A stretch of DNA of 64,000 nt, taken from the human T2T-CHM13v2.0 reference genome, Homo sapiens. This document shows positions 57,713 through 64,000 of the stretch, one piece after another; position 1 is the stretch's first letter; every line of letters starts with the position of its first letter. Under the pieces are notes generated by a model, which made no database searches, was not told the origin of the DNA, and saw only the letters and a list, made by a program, of their open reading frames with translations. The stretch lies in NCBI RefSeq assembly GCF_009914755.1, contig NC_060942.1. The stretch is one strand, 5' to 3'. Both the position numbers and the translations under genes were made by a program.

Positions 57713-60679
57713 AGAGAATTAGAGTGTGACAACTAGCAACACGTTGGATTCTTTATTAATATTTTATTTACAACTTGCTCAGCCTAAGATGTTTTCATAA
57801 ATGTTAAATGATTTCTCAACTGCTTAGTCACACAAGTCATTCTTTGACAAGAAACTAAACATTTACAGGTCTATTTTCCACTTATTTCTTTCTTCGAGCA
57901 TTCCCTTTTGTCTATCTCTAATCTCAGTAGTGTTGCTTTATAACTGGATTCTAGTTCTTTGCCTAGCAGTATTGAACCTTCATTTTGAGACTAGATATTT
58001 AAATTTCTAACCAAATTTTGATTTCAACTTTCGTAGAAAATATTTCTTCAATTTGCCATCTTGGTGCAATGCACTACCCTCATATTCAAGTTAAAGAAAT
58101 ACTTACTCTGAGTCTCATCCCCAGTCTACCAAGGATTTCCAGAAACTGCCTACCTTTCATAGGGTCTCCTCTAAGTTAGGAACTCATTCAATCTCCATTC
58201 TCATATGAACTTGTGTACATTTTAGTGTTAAGCACAAGGTGCGTTACTTAGAGTCTTTAGCTTGTTTTTTTGATTAATGAAACTTTTTTCTGGACCCCAG
58301 AGGGCCTATATTCTTATCTATGATACATCTATGCTTTCAAAGAAATTTCCTATTAGATTTCCATCTGGAGGTCAGTTTATGAAATTACTGCTAAGGTTAT
58401 ATTCTGATACCTCGATGATATTTGAATTCAAATAGTCCATATGCTTTAAAGAAATATCATGTTTTGCACTAAGGTCAAGAGCAACTTGTAAGTTAACCTA
58501 TCCCAATGTTTAAACAGGAGAACTAATCAGTGTGACATTTATTTGCTCTATGTGAGAATGTATAGATTAAATATCACTTGTAGAAGTAGCAAGCAAACTT
58601 TCATGCTAAGGTTTTGCATTATGTGTAGGGTTTGTCATTTTCTAAATAAACACCTTTTTGCAAGCTCTGCTATTTAGATATATATTTTTGCAGCCCTTCA
58701 AAAACTCTAGGGGAAAAAATATTTTTCTTTTTAAATGCACAATCTCATTCACATAACAAGTTTTAGGAAATTCACTAAGACACGGTTATTAGACTTAATT
58801 TGTAAGTATGTTAAGTATGGGACTGGAAATAAATATGCACAGAGTTGCAATAAATTCTCAGACCTCCTATGTATTTAATAGGACTATTGAAATTATGACA
58901 GAAGGAATAGACTCATGACCATTCTAAAGGAACCTCTTTCCCTTCTCTTTTTGTAACTTATAGCCACTCTTTATCACATGGCCCAACCTATATTGCCTAG
59001 TAGCAATTTATTCACATTTTCACTGATGCTTAACAAAGTAACACATACCTTCTTCAGATCTCTGATTTTATAACAAACTTCACTAATGGTTCTCCCTACT
59101 AAATTGCTCTTCTCACAACTCCATAAGTTTTTATTTCACCCATCTTCAAATCTAAAGTCAAGTAACTCATATTCTAGTTAGTCTTTTTTGATATCCCCTA
59201 TAGGCAATAGTCACTAGTCTGAACATTAAAATACTTTCATCTTTGTTGTAGTGTTAGCACCTAATTGTTTACAAAATTTATTTTGCTCGCTAGAATGCAA
59301 TTTTTTTCTGTGTAGAAGCCAGGTCTAATTCATCTTTTTACTGCCTCAGATGCTGAGCATTCATCAGTTCAATCATTACAGTAAAATGAAAATACCTTGA
59401 ATGAATAAAAACAACCTTAAAAATGATAATTTCTGGGCTGTATGACAAAGAGAATATCAATGGATAGATATAGTAAAAAAGATGGAATGTAGTTTCTTAG
59501 ATGTAAGAATATATACCAACAAATCAGTTATAGATGGAAGAATTCACAATGACTGGCTGTGGTGTGTTTAATTTTAGTTTAAGATATTTGCAGACACTCA
59601 ACAGCCTAGGCTAATTTAAACAGGTTCGGGTTTTAAAGCATAATTCAGTTGCAGTAACCCAAGCAATAGAGAAAACAGTGTGCTGTGATAACTGAGGTGA
59701 TGTGATGACACTTATTTATGCATCTCTCCTGGTTGCTGGCAGAATCTAGCTCCGAGTTTCCTAGCAACAGTAATGCACACATGTGAATATGCCCATGTAA
59801 ATAGCAAATGCAATGAATAAAGTTTCCATTCACTCATTGAACTGTCAGTTTGAATTTCCAGACCTGGTTGGTACTAAACCAGTAGGTTTCAAGATTGCTT
59901 CAATGAAGCCTAGGTCGGGTGGATGATACTATACGAAGTTTCAAAGAGGAGTCACTCAATTGTACTAAGCTACAGTGCCATGTGCCCAAGTATGGCAACA
60001 TAGTGTTATTTCATTCTATGTGTTTTGCAGATTTGAGTGGAGCAGAATTTAGGAGGTTTTTGGAAGCTATTTATTTGTCCAAAATACCTAAGATGAGAAA
60101 GAAATATATCAACACATAAAAAGTTTTTCTTTCTTTTCGTTTTGAAAGAAGCCACTGAAATTTTGTCTTAAAATTGCCTTTGCCTCGGAGGTTTTCATGA
60201 TGTCTTCTGCAACATTCATTCTATATGAGTTATGTGTGATTACACTTCTGAAGACCACTGGGTGATATCAGCACATGGACTCACAATGATTAGTAACTAA
60301 GAGTGCCAAGTGTGATTTTCATGTTTCTACCAATGGGGTATTGATTAAACTTTAGTTATGAAGAAGTGTCTATATCTTTATGGCAAAATGTGCATCTGTG
60401 TTCACACATTAAGACGAAAAGGAGGAAAATAAAGTCATATCCCACCGCCTATCCAAAAAATCATTTTGAATAATGAATTACATTACAATGTTGTTGTGAG
60501 AAATGGCTGTTAGGATGTAATCTAGGGAAGTGTACGAAAACCACATTGGCACTAATGAAACTTGGTACACAATTTAGAAATTTAGTGACAAGGTAACTTA
60601 GCCCCTTCTTACCTCAGTTCTTTTGCTCGTAAAATGTGTTTGACAGAACTAGCTCTCATGGGTGAAGTAAACAGTATAA

Positions 60680-60996
<317 letters not shown>

Positions 60997-61286
60997 GAAA
61001 CAGTCTTTTATAGAGTAAGCATTCAACCGATGTTAGATTGCTGATTCTTACTCTTTCCTCTCACTCTTATTGGGCGAATTATGCAAGATTTTGCAAACTT
61101 TTAAATAATGGAAAGGTCTAACGGAGGTAGGGTCATCTACACTTGAATAACTGTCATTTTAGTGTATTCAAGTGCTATTAAAGAATAAAAAGCCCACTAT
61201 TGTGAAATTAGGCAAATATATTTAGATGTATTTACAAATTTGGAGCTCCACCAAGTTAACGTAGTAAAATTTCATTATCAATAATG

Positions 61287-61288
<2 letters not shown>

Positions 61289-61325
<37 letters not shown>
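61289..61325. repeat. (TG)n microsatellite
   Basis: Directly visible. Confidence 0.97.
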
Positions 61326-61327
<2 letters not shown>

Positions 61328-61741
61328 ACCATCCATGTGACATAGTAGATGTCACAATAAACTCTTCCCAATATAAGGCATGGGTGTTTTCCAAATGTAA
61401 TCATAGAAAATGTAGTGTGATATCACTATTTTTAAAGATTTGTCACTAGAGTCAATAGGTGTAATACACGTTCACCTTTATGTTTTCTTAGAGAATTCAT
61501 TAAGACTTTTCCATTAATTCATTCAACCGACACATTTTTAAGAAATCATTTTCTTTGGGGCAGTTTCTGCCGTCTGCTCCAGAACAGAGAGAAATAAACG
61601 TAGAGTGGTGTTTGGAGCTCTAGGCTGACATTGCCTTGTCTAGAACTCAGCTCATCATTTCCTTTGCGAAGTTAGACAAGCAGTGTCCGCCTCAGATACA
61701 TCCCCTGCTTGTACTGAGAAAATGCACAGTGGTGAGAGCTA

Positions 61742-61945
61742 TTTTTTAGTTTTAATTTTATTTCATTTTTAATGACAAATAATAATTTTGTGTACTTATG
61801 GAGTATAATGTAATGTTTCAATACATATGTATATTGTGGAACAATCAAATCAGGCTAATTAGCATACCTGGCACTCCAAATGCTTATCATTTATTTGTAG
61901 CAAGAACATTTAAAGGCTCTGTTTTAGCATTGTTGAAAAATATAT
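61742..61945 (-). mobile_element. L1MA 3' end
   Basis: atggagtataatgtaatgtttcaatacat...caaatcaggctaattagcata...agaacatttaaa. Confidence 0.8.
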
Positions 61946-63574
61946 TAATGAGAGCTAGTTTAACAGAAAAAAAAATACTATTAAACTTAGTGGTATACTT
62001 GTAATCCTAGAGAAAAAATGGAAAGTGCTCTGGGATTGGAGTGGGATTCACACCCATAAAGTGTGTTGCTTAATTTTTCCTCAGTTTTCAGGGTTCGTTT
62101 TCTAAGAAGAGAATAAGGAAAAATAGTGTAGACAACTGTAAATTGTAAAAATGCAAATGTATAAGGAAAACCAAACTGTGCAACATATTTAAATTTAAAT
62201 ATAAGATATACTTAATGTCAAAAATTGAATGTAATGCTTCTAGATTGTTATTTTTTACATGTGAAATAAAAGTAGTTGAACCTTATTGAGAAATTGTAGA
62301 TAATATTAGTGTAGAATCACTTAATAAATAGCTGGTGCTGAGTTTTAAACATGTTCCAGTATTATGTTTTCAGTTTATAAAAAAAAAAATCAAAGAAATA
62401 ACTTTTAAAAACAAATTTCCAGGTCTCAAGGTCAACTTACTAAATTAGATTTCTAAAATGAGAGTCCCGGGAATTAATATTTTTATAAATACTTATTCAG
62501 TTTCTGTAAGTTTGTAAAAGGAAATCTAACAAAACAAAATGCAGCTTTCAAAATTACTGTAATTAATGATCAAGAGTAGCTTCGTGTGGGTGAGGCAAAA
62601 GGGATTCTGCCATTCTAATTCCATCTATGTGGTGTTCCAGTGGCTCATGTAGACAGCAGTACTTTAACTGAAAATGCCCAAGTCTGATCCATCTGCAGGA
62701 AGGAAAAATTTGGGTAATTTCACATCATTTGCTACTTCATCAAATTACGACTGGAGTTCTTCTCTCTCCTGGAGCAACACATAATTTCCCATGTCTAGAA
62801 CTGTAACACCATCGTACTCATCAAATTCAGTTCACTACTGAACTGAAACAACAAACCTCTTCAGATTCTAAATTGCCACATTATTTCTTCAAAAATAAAT
62901 AAAATCCTTTCCAGAAACAAAAAGGACTTCGCAAAATTGTGTTCATCCACTAGAGCTAATGGCCTTGCCTTTAGAGAAAATAATTTTTTTCCCTTATTAG
63001 AATAAAATTGTTTTTCCCCTCTGCAGTTACTAACATGAAGCTTGGTGCAGTCACAAAAAAGAAATCAAAGTCTAGAGTAGTGTACTAAAGTCATCACACT
63101 CTGGGACTGTGTTCATTGTAAACAAAAAAAAATCAAATAATTTCTACTTAGACACACTTAAAGCAACATGACATGAAAAATATAGACAACATTCATAGCC
63201 AAGTGAAACAAATTCCATCTTACTCAAATTCTACATTTTACACCATATTAAGGAGGCAATATTAAAATGAAACCTTTCATTTATTTCATCCACATACCCC
63301 AGTGTGCATTCCAATCTTTAAAAAAAAAATGACTATTAACAGTTTATTGCAGAAAACAAGAAAATTACAAAAGAAAAAAGGAGAAAACCCCTGATATTTT
63401 ACCATTAAACGACAATTACATTTGGTTATTAGTATTTCTATTTTCAAGAAAGAATTATCTTCATTATACATCTTCTTCAACCATATTTTAAAATATAAAA
63501 CTCTATCTTTAATATTTTCCAAAAGGATATAAATATTATTAGAGACCATTAGTTTTAGCAACTACCTAGTATCC

Positions 63575-64000
63575 TTTTTACTGTGGTAAGAACACTTAAC
63601 ATTAGATCTACCATCTTAATAAATATTTCAGTATCTATTCAGTAATGCTACCTATAGCATTATAACTATAGTTATATAGTTGCTATACTACTATAACTAT
63701 ATATAGTTATTATATACATATATACATATTATATACATAACTATTGAGCACAATATTTTACAGCAGATGTCTAGAATGTAATTATCTTGTGTAACTGAAA
63801 CTTTATTCACTTGAGTAGGAAGGTTCCATTTCTCCCATCCCTCAGCCCCCGGTAACCATCGTTCTACTCTCTGCTTCTCTATGTTCATTTTGTATGTCCT
63901 ATAGAAGTGGAATTATGCAGCATCTGTCCTGTGTGACTGGCTTATTTCACTTAGCGTAATATCCTCCAGGTTTAACCGTGTTGTTCTTTCTTGTGGTAGA
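63575..64000 (-). mobile_element. L1MA/L1MB 3' end (runs off the window)
   Basis: gtggtaagaacacttaacattagatctacc...gtaactgaaacttta...cagcccccggtaaccatc...gtgactggcttatttcacttagc. Confidence 0.85.

Noticed and set aside
62826-62847. Perfect 9-bp hairpin ttcagttca-ctac-tgaactgaa
   Set aside because: A stem this short is expected by chance in 64 kb; there is no other ncRNA evidence.

Overview
AT-rich, repeat-dominated primate (human-like) intergenic or intronic DNA. I found no intact protein-coding gene, RNA gene or CRISPR array, and almost all track ORFs are repeat-derived or spurious. The window holds Alus (J/S/Y types), old L1M and younger L1PA LINEs, L2/MIR relics, MaLR/ERVL LTRs (THE1, MLT1, MLT2), a degenerate ERVL provirus, an ERV env remnant with LTR, Tigger/MER5 DNA transposons and microsatellites. 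The notable structures are retrotransposition and repair footprints. (i) A 5'-truncated, 5'-inverted ATP5PB (ATP5F1) processed pseudogene with a perfect TSD. (ii) A 5'-inverted L1PA that appears to carry a ~700 bp 3' transduction. (iii) A 5'-inverted L1PA fused to half an Alu inside one TSD, nested in two older L1s. (iv) A cluster of short templated duplications at 31.4-36.5 kb. I cannot support a previously undescribed biological system; these are unusually clear cases of known mechanisms. Repeat family names come from recalled consensus motifs, not a database search, and boundaries of old repeats are approximate.
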